Positions 25,281 through 43,224 are shown, counted from the first letter of the whole stretch. The stretch is DNA of 63,221 nt, filler included, from Reclinomonas americana ATCC 50394 (GCA_048213135.1; 11 parts of 11 records of this genome joined end to end with filler, not necessarily neighbours in it); one strand, 5' to 3'. Notes: generated by a model from the sequence alone, not told the origin. Made by a program: numbers and translations.

Positions 25281-27337
25281 GCCGGCTTCTCGACGCTTTT
25301 CTCCACCGCCCCGCGTCTCCGCATCCTCGACCTCTCCTTCTGCACCCAGATGACGGCGCCGGCGGTAGCCTCACTGCTCCACCACTGCACGCATCTGGAG
25401 ACGCTGCACCTCAAGATGTGCTCCTACGTCAATCGCACACACGTCCCCATGGCGGCCTTCCAGCGCATCGACGGCAAGGTGCGTGGCTGGCCTCACTCTT
25501 TTTCCATTCTCACACCGCTAACACTCTGCCGCTGCTTAGCGCAAGCACGCCCACGAGCAATCGGAAGATCTGCGAAGGGCGGAGAACCCAGAGACTGAAG
25601 CGCAGTGGTTGCTTGAACGACATCGCAAGATGAAGGAGGAGCAAAAGGCCAAGCAGGCGGCTGGTGAGTGATTGGTGCTCTTCGCTACCATGCAGCACTT
25701 CGTCTCATCCACCTGCGCACAGCTGAGCTCGCTCTGGGAATGGCCATTTCGACCGACTTTGAGGATGCAGACGCCATTACGGCGGCGCAATTGTCGGCGG
25801 CACGCACTGCGCTGGCAGGCGTGCCAGTTGTGGATTCGTTCGACTCGTCATGTTGCGTGTGCAGGAGACTCGCGCACGCTGGCAAAGTGTGTGAATGCTG
25901 ACACGATCGATTGTGAAACAGCTGGACCACCCACTGGCGTCTCGGCGACGACCGCCTCCGGCTCAGCACCGACCACCGGTCGCTCTGAGTCGTTGCCGTC
26001 GTTCCGCGGTCCTCGTGTTGTCGAATATGTGCCGTTTGGTGAGTGGCGTTGTAGAAGGGGAAGAGCGTTGAGGTGGAGAAGTGTGCATTGCAAAATTCAT
26101 TCACTTGATTGAGAGTGGCGAGTGAGGAGAATGGGTGGGGAAGGGTGGGCCAGTTAGCGACAGGGGTAGAACGACCGGGAGAGAGCGAGAGGAGAGAGCT
26201 ATTGAAGGGAGAAAGAGATGGAGATGAAGTGGGAGGAACGGAGAGAGGTTGCGCGGTATTGCTCCCCCTCCTTGCGCTCCCCTCTCTCGCTCTCCCCCTC
26301 TCGCTCGCTCTCCCCCCTCGCTTCTCCCCTCTCGCCGCACCCACTCTCTGTCTGTCCTTTCCTTCTGCTTCTCGCCCTTCGCTCTCGCTCTCCCCATCTT
26401 GCTCTCTCATCCGCTACTCCTCTCTTCTTTCTTCTCATGCTCTCCCCTCTCGCTCTCCCCTCTCCCTCTCCCCTTCTCGCTCTCCTCCTCACTCTTCTCT
26501 CCCTCTCCTTCTCCCCTTTCCCTCCTCTTCCTCACCCTTGTCCTTTTCTTCGCAGGCCCCGGCATGCCTCCGCCGACCGAACCCGACGCCATTCACGAAC
26601 CGATGAGCGACCTCACCAAGCGCCTCAAGCGACTCAGCGTGCTCGACCTGACCGGCCTGCGCGATCTGACACACGAGACCATTGCCTACATTGTGTTGCG
26701 TAGAAATCATGTGTCTTACATCCGAGTGTGTAGCTGTGCTCACCACTCCTTCTCCCCCATTGCAGTACCAATGGCTACGGCCTGCAGCGTCTGTGCCTCA
26801 ACGAGTGCATCAACATGAAGCCCACCATGTTTGGAGCAATTGCCAGGAACTGTCGCCAGCTGGTGTGGTTGGAGTTGAACAAGTGCCCCGGGTACCAGGT
26901 GTCGGCGTTTGGTGAGTCGACATGGCTCTGTCCCATGAGTATGGTGAAAACTGTGCTCATCTATTGTGCAGGCTCCGTGGTCGGAGCGCTGTCGTCGCTG
27001 CGCCGCTGCGAGGTGTCGGACTGTGGCCTCACGACCGAGGACGTGGTGTACTTGGAGCGCAAGAACCCCAGCTGCGACATTGTTCGCTTCCTGTTGCGTG
27101 CTATTGCCTTTGTGTCTTGTTTTGCGCGCCTGTGCATTGCTGACACGAGAGACAGCAATCGGCAACCGGTGTTGAAGATTGTGGTGCGCGAGAAGGGCAG
27201 CGGAGCGAAAAAGGGCAAAAAGGGCAAGAAGGGCAAGGGCAAGAAGGGAAAGAAGGGTGCGTTTGACGGAGGATCGAGTCGGTGTGAGTTGGTTGCTGAC
27301 TTTTTGCACAGGCAAGGGCAAGAAGAAGAAGAAGTAA
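25281..27337 (+). CDS. Cys-containing LRR (FBXL/AMN1-type LRR_CC) protein with a Lys/Gly-rich C-terminal tail; 5' end lost in the linker
   Basis: LRILDLSFCTQMT, LETLHLKMCSYV, LSVLDLTGLRDLT, LQRLCLNECINM, CRQLVWLELNKC and LRRCEVSDCGLT. The tail is KKGKKGKKGKGKKGKK...GKKKKK* (TAA at 27335-27337). Confidence 0.75.
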
Positions 27338-27482
27338 CGAGGCGGCATGCTATGTGATGTCTATTGTTTTTTCGCATGCCGCATTTGGTGGTCTTGTACA
27401 CGCGTGTAGAGAGTGAATGCCGTAAACGGAGTGTTTTGTTTATCCATTGTGTTTTTCTCAAGTATTCCATGTTGCTTGCGCG

Positions 27483-32331
<4,849 letters not shown>

Positions 32332-32404
32332 CTCAACGATCAATCAAATTTTCAATCAGTCTTCTTTGTCCTCTCTCTCTCCTTCGCTTGTCCTCCTCCG
32401 TCTT

Positions 32405-32723
32405 TCACGAATCATCCTCCTCCTCCTCATCGTCCTCCTCGGGCGGACGGGCATCGACACTGCTTTGCACGCGCGCCTTGAGCTCCTCCAGTCGTCTTTG
32501 CAGACCGCTGAAGTTGAAGCTGCCACTGAGCTCGCCAAAGGGGTCCTGTGGTGGAGGAGAGAGAGAGAGAGGGAAAGGGTGAGGGCGAGGTGTGGAGTCT
32601 GTCTGTCTACCTGCTGTTCTCTTCTTCGCTTGCATCCTTGCATCTCATCTTGTTACTTTAGTGTGCTTCACGTCGCCTGTCATCTCTATTTCTATCTCTC
32701 ATTCTTTCAATATTTCATTTTTC

Positions 32724-32764
<41 letters not shown>

Positions 32765-34105
32765 GCTTCACGTCACCTCTCATCTCTTCTCTCGACTCTC
32801 GCTTCTCCTTGACATCGTCTGTGCAACGTGGCTCTCACTGCACGCAACAACGCTGCAGAAACTCACTTGACTTCTCAAGCCAAGCAACAGGACTCTCACT
32901 GCAGTTCCTCTCGCTGGCTAGCTGCGTCGCTCACAATCTCTCATATCACTGATTGTCTTACTGGCTTTCCTCAGTCTCCCAACTCCTTCGTCTACCTCCC
33001 TTCACTGCCTTCCTCTCCTGTATACTACATCTCAGCTCCGTCACTCCTGTCTCATTTCTTCTCGCTTGCTTTGTCATCCTATCTTCACCGTCTTCCCTCT
33101 TGTATTCTACAACTCAGTTCCCTCATTGCTTGCCGCTTGCTGCTGTCAGCAACCCACTCCCTCCCTCGTCTTCTCTCGTTTCTTGTCGCTTCCTCGCAAA
33201 TCCTTCCTCTTCTCCTCTTCCTCCTTCCTCTTCCCCCCTCCCTCTCCGTCAACGCAACTCGGAACGACTCTCCATCCTTGGACTTCAGGCGCTCGCAGAT
33301 ACCCATGTACCGGTCGAAATGCTCCAGGAAGTTGTCTTCCAGCACCTCGGCGAACTCCGGGTAGCTGCCGCCCACCGCCGACTCCACCATGCCGCACACG
33401 GCCACACGAATCGTCTCGTGGGCGATGCAGTCGCTGTAGCGGCGAGCCTCGCCCGGAGATGATTCCTGGAGGAGGGATGTGTGAGAAAGATCTCTCGAAT
33501 CAGAAACAAGAGATTTTCCTCTCTCTTTCTCTCTTTCTCTCTGTCTCTTTGTCTCTCTCTCTCTCTGCCTCATTCTCTCTCTGCCCCTTTCTCTCTGCCT
33601 CTTTCTCTCTCTCCCTCTCTCTCTCTTCTCTTCTCTCTCGTGCTCACCATCTCGTACCCGGGCTCGTTGTGGTACGGCGTCGGGTTCATAATCATGCTCT
33701 GGATAGCGTGCAACACACTGGCCGTCGAGTGGATGGGCGACCACTGTGGGCCCTCCCATGTGCCGAGCAGACTCAGGCACACTGCGTGGGTGGTGGAGAG
33801 AAGTGAGAAGACAAGAGGAGGAGGGGGAAGAGAGGGAGAGGGAAGAGCTGACCCTTGCCGCAAGAGTCTGTGAGGGGGGAGATGGAAGAGGTGAGTGAAG
33901 GTGGTGGAGATGGGAGACGAGGGAAATGGGGATATGACGCAACACAAGTTCGGGTTGAAGCGCACGGCACCGCCGTCGGTGGTCAGCCTGGGGAGGGCGA
34001 AAGAGGAGGGTGAGTGAGGTGGGGGGATGAGAGACGGAGCAAGCGGGAGGCGCAACAGCTGCACAGCCGGTGGCTTGAACGGGTAGTTGGACGGGTATGT
34101 GAAGT
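32405..34105 (-). CDS. UBE2Z: Ubiquitin-conjugating enzyme E2 Z-like (USE1); 5' exons missing
   Basis: Spliced reading [51 protein letters not shown]...PYHNEPGYE...[13 protein letters not shown]...DPFGE...FNF. The catalytic Cys and the UBE2Z-type HETIRVAV and DPFGE motifs are present. Confidence 0.88.
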
Positions 34106-34162
34106 CTGCGTGCGAAAAGAGAGGAGATGTAAGAAAGTCGTATAAAGCAATAGTGAAAACTC

Positions 34163-35116
34163 TGCAGGAGGCACTCAGCAGGAGACACACAGCAGGAGAC
34201 ACTCAGCAGGAGACACTCAGCAGGAGACACATAGCAGGAGACACACAGCTGGAGACACCCAGCTGGAGACACTCTGCAGGAGGCACTCAGCACGAGGCAC
34301 TCAGCAGCACGAGACGCTCAGCACAAGACACTCAGCAGGAGACACACAGCAGGAGACACTCAGTTGGAGATAGTCAGCACGAGGCACACAGCAGGAGATA
34401 CTCAGCACGAGGCACTCAGCACGAGGCACACAGCAGGAGACACACAGCAGGAGACGCTCAGCACGAGACACTCAGAGCAGGAGACACTCAGCAGGAGACA
34501 CTCAGCAGGAGGCACAAAGCAGGAGGCACAAAGCAGGAGACACTCAGCAGGAGATAGTCAGCAGGAGACACACAGCAGGAGATACTCAGCACGAGACACA
34601 CAGCAGGAGACACACAGCGGAGACACTCAGCAGGAGACACTCAGCAGGAGACACTCAGCAGGAGGCACGCAGCAGGAGGCACGCAGCAGGAGACATTCAG
34701 CAGGAGACATTCAGCAGGAGACATTCAGCAGGAGACATTCAGCAGGAGATACTCAGCAGGAGATACTCAGCAGGAGGCACGCAGCAGCACGCACTCAGCA
34801 GGAGACACACAGCAGGAGACGCTCAGCACGAGACACTCAGCACGAGACACTCAGCACGAGACACTCAGCACGAGACACTCAGCACGAGACACTCTGCAGG
34901 AGACACTCAGCACGAGACACTCAGCAGGAGACACTCAGCAGGAGACACACAGCAAAAGACACACAGCAGGAGACACACAGCAGAAGACACATAGCAGGAG
35001 GCACGCAGCACGAGACACTCAGCACGAGACACTCTGCAGGAGACACTCAGCACGAGACACTCAGCACGAGACACTCAGCTGGAGACACGCAGCAGGAGAC
35101 ACTCAGCAGGAGGCAC
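34163..35116. repeat. Intronic 14-bp minisatellite (CACTCAGCAGGAGA)n, roughly 65-70 copies
   Basis: Directly visible tandem array upstream of the first recovered UBE2Z exon. Confidence 0.95.
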
Positions 35117-35430
35117 TACACACCCTCTCACACTCTTTCCCTCCCCTTTCCTCCCCATTCCCTCCCCTTCTCCTCTTCCCTTCCCTTTCCCTTTCCCATT
35201 CCCTTCCCCTTCGCCCCTNNNNNNNNNNNNNNNNNNNNNNNNNNNNNNNNNNNNNNNNNNNNTTAATTAATTAANNNNNNNNNNNNNNNNNNNNNNNNNN
35301 NNNNNNNNNNNNNNNNNNAGAGGGAGGGGGAAAGAGAGGGAGGAGAGGGGGAGGGGGGAGGAGGGAAGGGTGAATGAGGGAGACAGGTGAAACAACGGAG
35401 TTCGCCTGCTTGTGTTAGTCGCTGTCTTCT

Positions 35431-35467
<37 letters not shown>

Positions 35468-35734
35468 AGCTCCAACCTTTCCTCTTTCGCTCTATGTGCA
35501 GGTGCGAGAGAGTGTGTGTGTTTACAGAGAGTAAGAGAGCGAAAGACAGAGAGACAGAGGGAGTTCGTCTGCTAATGTTGCACTTCTCTGCCTCTTGAGA
35601 GAGAGTAGAGAGAGGCAGAGTGTGTGTGTGAGAGAGAGAGAGAGAGGAGTTTGTCTGCTTGTATGAGTTGCAACTTGTCTTTTCTTATCTCTCTCCCACA
35701 CAAAGGCTCACAATGAGAGACAAGCGGAGTATCT

Positions 35735-35779
<45 letters not shown>

Positions 35780-36263
35780 GTGTGTTTAATGCGTCATTAT
35801 CTCACTCCCTCACGCGCACTCTTCACACAATGAGTGCTTGCCTTTCTCTCTCGCCCTCTCTTCCTCCTTCCCTCCCTCCCTCTCTCTCTCGCTCTCGCTC
35901 TCGCTCTCTCTGCCTCTGTGTGTTGTTAGAGACATGTCGACTTGTGTTTCGACACCTCCCACCCCGTTTTTCCGACTTTTTCAGTCTCATGTCACGTACA
36001 CAAGAGAGATAGTGTACATACCGCGTTATACAAAGAGACAGAGAAAGAGAGCGCGCAAGAGAGAGAGACAAGAAAGCATTTGCAGTGCCTATGGTTATTT
36101 ATAGCACATACCATTTCTGGGTCTTTTTTGTTGCTAATCAGAGACAAGAGTGTGGAAAAAGACGGGGAGAGTTGCTTGCTATGTAGGTGCAGATCAGGGA
36201 ATGCGATTTGGATTGACGTTGTGCGCGCGCGTCACACCAAGTAAAATTGCCGGTTGAAAATTC

Positions 36264-38021
36264 ATGGTCTCAAATCCGGCGGGACCCGCCAGACAATTCC
36301 CGTCGGCGTTGGCTTACTTTCTTGTCGGATTTGGGATTTGCTTCGTTTTTGTCCGCGTCAACACGCGTTGGTTGTGTGCTCGCAGGTGCGTGCTTCGTGT
36401 TGCGCGCATTGTTTACTTCCTCTGCTCACGCGTCTTGTGTGTACGTGCACGTGGTACATGTGCAGAGACGCATGTGCATGCAGTAATGAGGTTTGCGCGT
36501 GGCGAGTGATTGTTCTGCTTGCCGTCTTCGGCCCTTTATATGTACATGACATGTATGTGTGTATGTCGTGTGTGCGTGTGCGTTTGATAGTTCCGGGCCC
36601 GGGCGAAGGAAAGCTTGCGACATTGCAAGAAACGGAAGTGTGCGACAATCGATTGAGGCACTCGATGAAGTGGTGCGACGTGAGGGCCCTGACGCCCTGC
36701 TCAGTCGGGACCACATGGACTCGCTTGGCGGCTCGGCATTCTTTGTTGCTGCGTGCGCAGGCCGTGTGGAAGTGCTGCAGCACTTGATGGAGAACAGTGG
36801 CGTTGGCGCGGAACTTGTCGAGCGAGTCGACGACCGCGGTCGGACGCCGCTGATGGGTGCTGCTGCAGAGGGTCAGCAGCAAGTGGTGAGGTGGCTGCTT
36901 GCAGACGAGAGACGATGCCCGCGGCATGTGGCATTGGCAGTCTCCGGTGACCGCGACACGGAGACATATCCCAAGTCGACGGCGTTACACTATGCTGCCG
37001 TGAAAGGCCACCTCAGGATAGTGGAACTGCTCGTCACCAGCTTTTTCGAACTCGTCTCCATGGTCGACAACAGCGGCAAGACAGCGGCAGAGGTGGCACG
37101 CGATCGCAACAAGCAGGATGTTGCTCGGTACCTGTCGCAAGCACGTGCGCCGAGGCCTGTGGTGCTACCAGGTGAGTTTCCTCTGTCGTGTGCGCATCAC
37201 GGGACGCACTTACTCATGCGAGTTCTGTGGGTGAACTATCATTGTGGTGCGCACAGCTGTGAGGTATGGTGATCGGTGTGTTGCAGTTGAAGAGGGAGCG
37301 CTCCGTTACCTCAATTGATTTGTGTGTTGCACAACATGCAGCGCCCCTCCTCCCCCTCCTCAGCAAGAGAGGAAGAAAGCGTGGTTGATGGCCGAGGAGG
37401 GCGACATTGACGCACTGCGCAAGTTGAATGCGGATGAGAGCCAGGACAACCTGTTGCGCATACTGCTGGAAGAAAAAGACGGTTTCGGTGGCAATGCATT
37501 CTACGTTGCTGCTGCCCACGGTCAGCTGCCTGTGTTGGAATATCTGTGGGACAAAAGCGGATGTCGTCTGCAACTCGCCTCAGCGGTCAACAACTTTGGG
37601 TGGACACCACTGATGATCGCTGCCAAAAACGGGCATGAGAGTGTGGTCAACTGGCTTCTCGCACATGAGCTACGATGTCCAGCGGACAGGGTTCTGGCTG
37701 TCACCAACGGCCGTGACGAATTCCCGGGATCTTCGGCTCTGCATTTCGCTGCCAAGAACGCATTTGTTGTTAACGCTGCGCGTCAGATGACAGATTCTCA
37801 GCTGATTGTGGAACGCCTCCTCCGAGTACCCCACAGCTTAGACCTCATGCGGTTGACCAACAGCAACGGGAAAACGGCAGCGCAATGGGCGCGCGAGGTG
37901 GGCAAGGACACTGTGGCAGAGTTTCTGGACCGGACGCTGCTGCAACGCGAAGAAGAACAACGGCAGCAGCAGCAGCAGCAGCAACAACAACAACAACAGC
38001 TACAACTTCAGCAGCAGCAGC

Positions 38022-38091
<70 letters not shown>

Positions 38092-38899
38092 GCTACAACT
38101 TCAGCAGCAGCAGCAACAACAACAACACCAACAGCCAGTGCTGCGAAGTCCTCCACCTTCTCCGTCATCTCCACCAAGTGCGTCGCCCTTGTTCCCGCAC
38201 TCTGTGTGGCAATTGTGCTCATCACCTTCTTGTACAAGTAGTGGCTTCGAATTCTGTGGTACCGGTGGTACCAGCTGCCGCATATCCCCCTCGCCAGGAG
38301 GTGACCACAATGCTTCGATCCATTTCAGTGTCCCCCGTCACAAGTACTCACCCCTCGGGCGTCTCCCAGATCATGGTTGACGCACGTGCGCTGGCCGACA
38401 AGGACGCACTCGTCGCTCAGCTTCAGCGCGATCTTGCGGCAGCGCATCAGGAGCGAGAGGAGCAGCAACGAATGTGGGAACGTCAGCGACAAGACCATGA
38501 GGAAATTGTCGACGAGGCGCTTGGCCGCCTTGTGACTGCGCAGCAGCAGCTGGCAGGACAAGAGCGGGTTGCCGCTGACGCCCAGTCACAACTGGCAGCT
38601 GAACGGCAGCGATCTGAGGAACTTGCCGCTGAAGTCGAGCGTTTGCAGGGCGAGATCGAGCGCCGCCGACGTGTAAGAGAGCCCAATATAGTGCTGCGAG
38701 TGTAATGTACGTATGCCAACTTTCGCGTTTGCTCCCACAATGTGTCAGCGAGAGTTTGCGGGCCTGGGCGCTCTTTGATGTCGACTCGGCGGATGCCTGC
38801 TCAGCGCGCTGCTGGTGCATGACGCTGTTCGATACGAACCATCCGACCGCGGGCGCTGCATTGGACGAAATGCAGCGCCTGCATGAGGGCACTTGGTGA
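36264..38899 (+). CDS. Ankyrin-repeat protein with a duplicated ankyrin module, a polyQ tract and a C-terminal coiled coil (ends approximate)
   Basis: Module 1: GGSAFFVAACAGRVEVLQHL / GRTPLMGAAAEG / STALHYAAVKGH / GKTAAEVA. Module 2: GGNAFYVAAAHG / GWTPLMIAAKNGH / SSALHFAAKN / GKTAAQWA. These are followed by ~50 Gln (37963-38133) and the heptad-rich LVAQLQRDL...LAAEVERLQGEIERRR. Confidence 0.85.
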
Positions 38900-39131
38900 C
38901 TTCTCGCGTGAGCTGCAACTGACAGCGCGGACCTGACTCCACCTGCTCATTTTTGTGCGAGCCGTCGTAGTTTGTTTCTCTTAGCATTGTGAATACACAT
39001 GGACATGAAGTTGTCGCAATCGTTTGTGCGCGGGGCAGTGTGTGATGCTGGCGCGATTCCGATGTGAACGACCAGAGATACGTCGGAGCAACATTGAGAT
39101 ATTCATGCAATTGAATTCGCCCCTGGCACCC

Positions 39132-42100
39132 TCATCGCCCCACCGCCACAATCGTGTGCAACCCATACCCATCACCCGCATCGAGTCCACCCACTCGCAT
39201 GCGGCACACCGGACACACACCATTCGTTGCCACCACTTGCTCTGCGCATTGCTTGCAGAGCACCTCGTGCGTGCAAGGAACAAGTCTCGTCTCGCGCGGC
39301 AGCCGGTCGCACGCCATGCACGACCGCCGGGACGCCAAAACCGTGAGGTCGACCAGCTCGGAAGCCACTTGCTGTACCGTGGGTCGTCGAGCTGGACGGC
39401 CATCCAGGCATCTGCGAAGGTGCAAAGTCATTCCACATCTCCGTTGCTCGTTTCACTCACGCTCTCTCTCTCACGCACACAGCGAAAGAGAACAGAAGCA
39501 TCTATGTCTTACGATCCTGCGCCTGCTGGAGATTTGCTCTCCACCACACATACAGCTGGGCGACGGGATGGGACGAGGAGCAGAGAGAAGGAGAGTTGTG
39601 GTGGTGAAGAGGAGAAGGAACACGAGACCGGCATGCACCCACGGGTCAGTGTCGCCAATAGAGATAGTGTGATTACCACAAAATCTGCATCTTTCTTCTT
39701 CCTCCTTCCCCTTGTTCAGCAAGGTCCCCTCCAACACTTGATTGCTCTCACTTGTGTTCTTCTCCTTGTATTGCTCCTCCTCTTTATTTCTCCTTCTTTT
39801 CCTTCTCCTGCTTCTCCTTCAGTTTCGTTATTCCTCGCCTTCCTCACTTCTCTTCTTCCTCTTTCTCCTTGCTCACCACCTTCCCCTCCAGACCACTTGA
39901 TTGCTCTCGCTTGTGCTTTTTCCTTGTCTGCTCCACTTCTGCCTCCTTTTCTCCTTCTTGCCCTTCCCCAGCTTCTCCTTCAATTTCGTTATTTCTCGCC
40001 TTCCTCACTTCTCTTCTTCCTCTTTCTCTTAGCCTTTCCCTCCACCACCCGACTGTTCCCACTTGTGCTCTTCTCCTCGTATTGCTCTTCCGTCCAATCT
40101 GCCCTTCTCTCTCCCTTTCCTCTCTCTCTCTCTCTCTCTCTCTNNNNNNNNNNNNNNNNNNNNNNNNNNNNNNNNNNNNNNNNNNNNTTAATTAATTAAN
40201 NNNNNNNNNNNNNNNNNNNNNNNNNNNNNNNNNNNNNNNNNNNTCTCTTTGGTCAGTTCCATTCGTTCACATAAGCTGCCTCGCCACCTAATCCTCCCGA
40301 TGCACCGTGCCTTTCCCTTAACCTTCCCGCTACAAACCTAAGCGCCAGCCGCACAAGGCCTCCACACACAGTCGCCGGCCACGGACGACCGACTCGCACA
40401 TCGGCAAGCTCCACGGCCGCACGCACCAGTGCCTGCCCGCCGCTGCCCTCGTCGTCGTCGTCCTCCGCACTCTCCACCAACTCCTCCAACGACTCCAAGC
40501 GCCGATGCACCTCCTCGATCGGCAGTCCGCTCAACACCTGCAGCACAATCAACCCCAGCGTGAACACGTCCGAGCTCGACCGCAGCTGTGCGTGCATCGC
40601 CTTGGGGTCGGTGTACTTTGGGTCGCTCATGAAGGGGACCGTGGCGCGGCTCTGGGAAGCGCAGAGGAGTGAGATTGTGAGGAGAAGCGAGAGGGAGAGC
40701 GAGATGGGAATGCTGGAAGCAGCGAGAGGGAGAAGAGATGGGAATGCTGGAAGCAACGAGAGGAACGGAGCAGCGAGAGGGAGCGGGAGCAGCGAGAGGG
40801 AGCGGGAGCAGCGAGAGGGAGCGGGAGCAGCGAGAGGGAGCGGGAGCAGCGAGAGGGAGTGGGAGCAGCGAGAGGGAGTGGGAGCAGCGACACGGGCGCC
40901 ATCCTTCACCCACGATTCGTTCACCAGTCTTCTTCTGACCATTTGTACTGCTTCTCGCTTCCCCAGCCCCTCTCGCTTCCCTCTCTCGTCACTCCCTCTC
41001 GCCTCTTCCCCTGTCTTTATCGCTCTTGGTGTGCTAGCGCGTCACTGTCTCCCACTCACCCCCTCCATGCGGAACCAGAATGCAACACCGGCATCCGCCA
41101 AGAACGGCACTCCATTGTGGCTGAACCACACCTTCGCAGGCGTGAGGTCACCGTGGATGACTGCAATCGATAAGAAAGTCAGAGATTGCGAGTAAACACA
41201 GCAAACTCAGACACGCCACCATACCATTCTGTTTGGTAACGCAAGCGAAGAGGACGACAACACCGACCATTGAGCACACAAACGAACAGAGAACATACAA
41301 ACGCAGAAACACTCACGAGCCTGCAATGAGAGAGACGTTAGATAGACGCACAATCAAACGGCAACCTGCGAAAGCACGGCACGCAACTTGTGCACCGCAG
41401 CCATGACCTCGGAACACCGAAGCAAGCACGACATGCGCTCCTCAATGGACATTACCGACAGTCCGCGTTCCTCCCACTGCAAAAGTCGGTGCTCCAGATT
41501 GTGTTCACTGCGTGAGTAAACAAGGAGGAAGAATGAGTGTCACACAGAACGCGACAGGAACAGCGTTTCTCTCTTGCACACACTCAACATTACTTCCACG
41601 CTGTCGAACTGTACATCTGTCTCTTTCTCACGCTATTTTGCCTCTCCAGTTTATCCCCAGTCTCTCCCTCCGGCTGTCTCGTTACTCGTACGCCACAACT
41701 CTCCGATTCCCACACCAGTCGCGCCCGTTCATTCTGTCTCTTTCTCTCACTGTGATTGCCTCCCCATTACTGTCTCCAGTCTCTCTTTGTCGTTGCTTTG
41801 AGCCCAAAGTTTCACCTCACCTCCGTCTTGTATTCGCTCTGCTCTGTCTCCTCTTCTCTCCTCGATTTCCTTTCCATTCTCTCTTCTCTCTTTGAGATCC
41901 ACTGATTCTCATCTCGTCACTTCGCTTATTGCTTTTCTAAACTCACAAATCTCATCACTCTTCTCTCCCCCTTGCTCCTATTTTCTCCCCTTTCTTTTCT
42001 CCCATCCTTTCCCCTCCATCCCGTCCCTTCCTAGTCGCACCTCAAGCTCTCCACCACCACACAACGACTGCCGTCACTCGCCTCGCCGTACCCAAGCAGC

Positions 42101-42455
42101 GGCACCATGCCCACCACGCTCACCGCTTTGAGCTTCTCCACCTGACAAGATTGGTGAGAACCTGCGCCACCACTCATCACACCCACACACAGACCTCGCG
42201 GGAGAACGACTCGACGCACCACGGCAGCTCACTGCCGTACACCTTCACATCCACATCTCGCTCCGCCCACCGTCCGCGGTAGATCTTGGCCAGACCACTG
42301 CCGTCGAGCTGATTCGCGAAATTGTTGCTCATGGCCACCACTTGCTCCCACGAGAACGCCGTCAGCGGAACTGCATCGCGCACCAATCAAACAGAGTGGA
42401 CCGCAGGATTCTCGCTGTAATTCTTGCTTCCTCTCTTCCAGTTCCTCCACGAAGT
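39132..42455 (-). CDS. Coiled coil - IRAK/Pelle/RLK-like protein kinase (probably a pseudokinase) - C-terminal RING-HC fusion; spans the linker at 40144-40243; 5' end missing
   Basis: FSWEQVVAMSNNFANQLDGSGLAKIYRG, VDVKVY, MVPLLGYG, VIHGDLTPAKV, LADAGVA, YTDPK, SDVFTLGLIVLQVLSG, WPATVCGGLVRLAL|RCLDGRPARRPTVQQVASEL. Then CMAC...LVPCTHEVLCKQCA...CPVCR. Confidence 0.82.
40768..40890. repeat. Intronic 18-bp minisatellite (GAGCAGCGAGAGGGAGCG-like)n
   Basis: About 6-7 tandem copies within the kinase-RING gene. Confidence 0.85.
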
Positions 42456-43224
42456 CTCGACCTCTTGATATCCTGTCTCTTTCTCTCTCGCTCCATCCCT
42501 TTTCACACTGATTTCATCCCTTCCTTGTCGTCTTTCGTCCTCTCACTCTCACGTTCACAGAGTGCGTCTCCTTCTCTTCCATTTCACCCCAGTTCGTCCC
42601 ATCCCCATCTCGTCGCCAATTTCATCTTCTCTCACGTAACCAGCGTCGCTTGCAATGTACGTCTCCATCTCCTTGCATCCCCCCTGTCGCCCCATACCCC
42701 TCTCCCACAGTTCAAATCGCTCCCGTTAGTATTCCATCCTCTCGACCACTCACAATGGATGCATCCTTCCCCTTCCATCTCTCAGTCTCGTCTCCAACCC
42801 TCTTTGCCTTCTTCGCCTCCCTTCTTCTTCAGTTTTTCATACCCTCACTGCTGCTGGTGTCACGCAGACTGCGTCGCCTTCTCGTTCGCGTCCCATCCCT
42901 TTCTCACACTGATCACATCCCTTCCTTGTCGTCTTTCGTCCTCTCACCCTCATGTTGACAGCGTCGCACAGAGTGTGTCTCCTTTTCCATGTCACTCCCT
43001 CTCCTCTCCTCTCCNNNNNNNNNNNNNNNNNNNNNNNNNNNNNNNNNNNNNNNNNNNNTTAATTAATTAANNNNNNNNNNNNNNNNNNNNNNNNNNNNNN
43101 NNNNNNNNNNNNNNCTCTCTCCTCTCTCTCTCTCTCCTTCTCCTTCCCCTTCTTCTTCCCTTCTCCTTCTTCCCCTTCTCCTTCTCCTTTGCCACTCCCT
43201 CTCACTCCCCCTCCTCCCACACAG

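Noticed and set aside
34087..35266. ORFs with [14 protein letters not shown] repeats
   Set aside because: Translation of a 14-bp intronic minisatellite; no independent evidence of coding.
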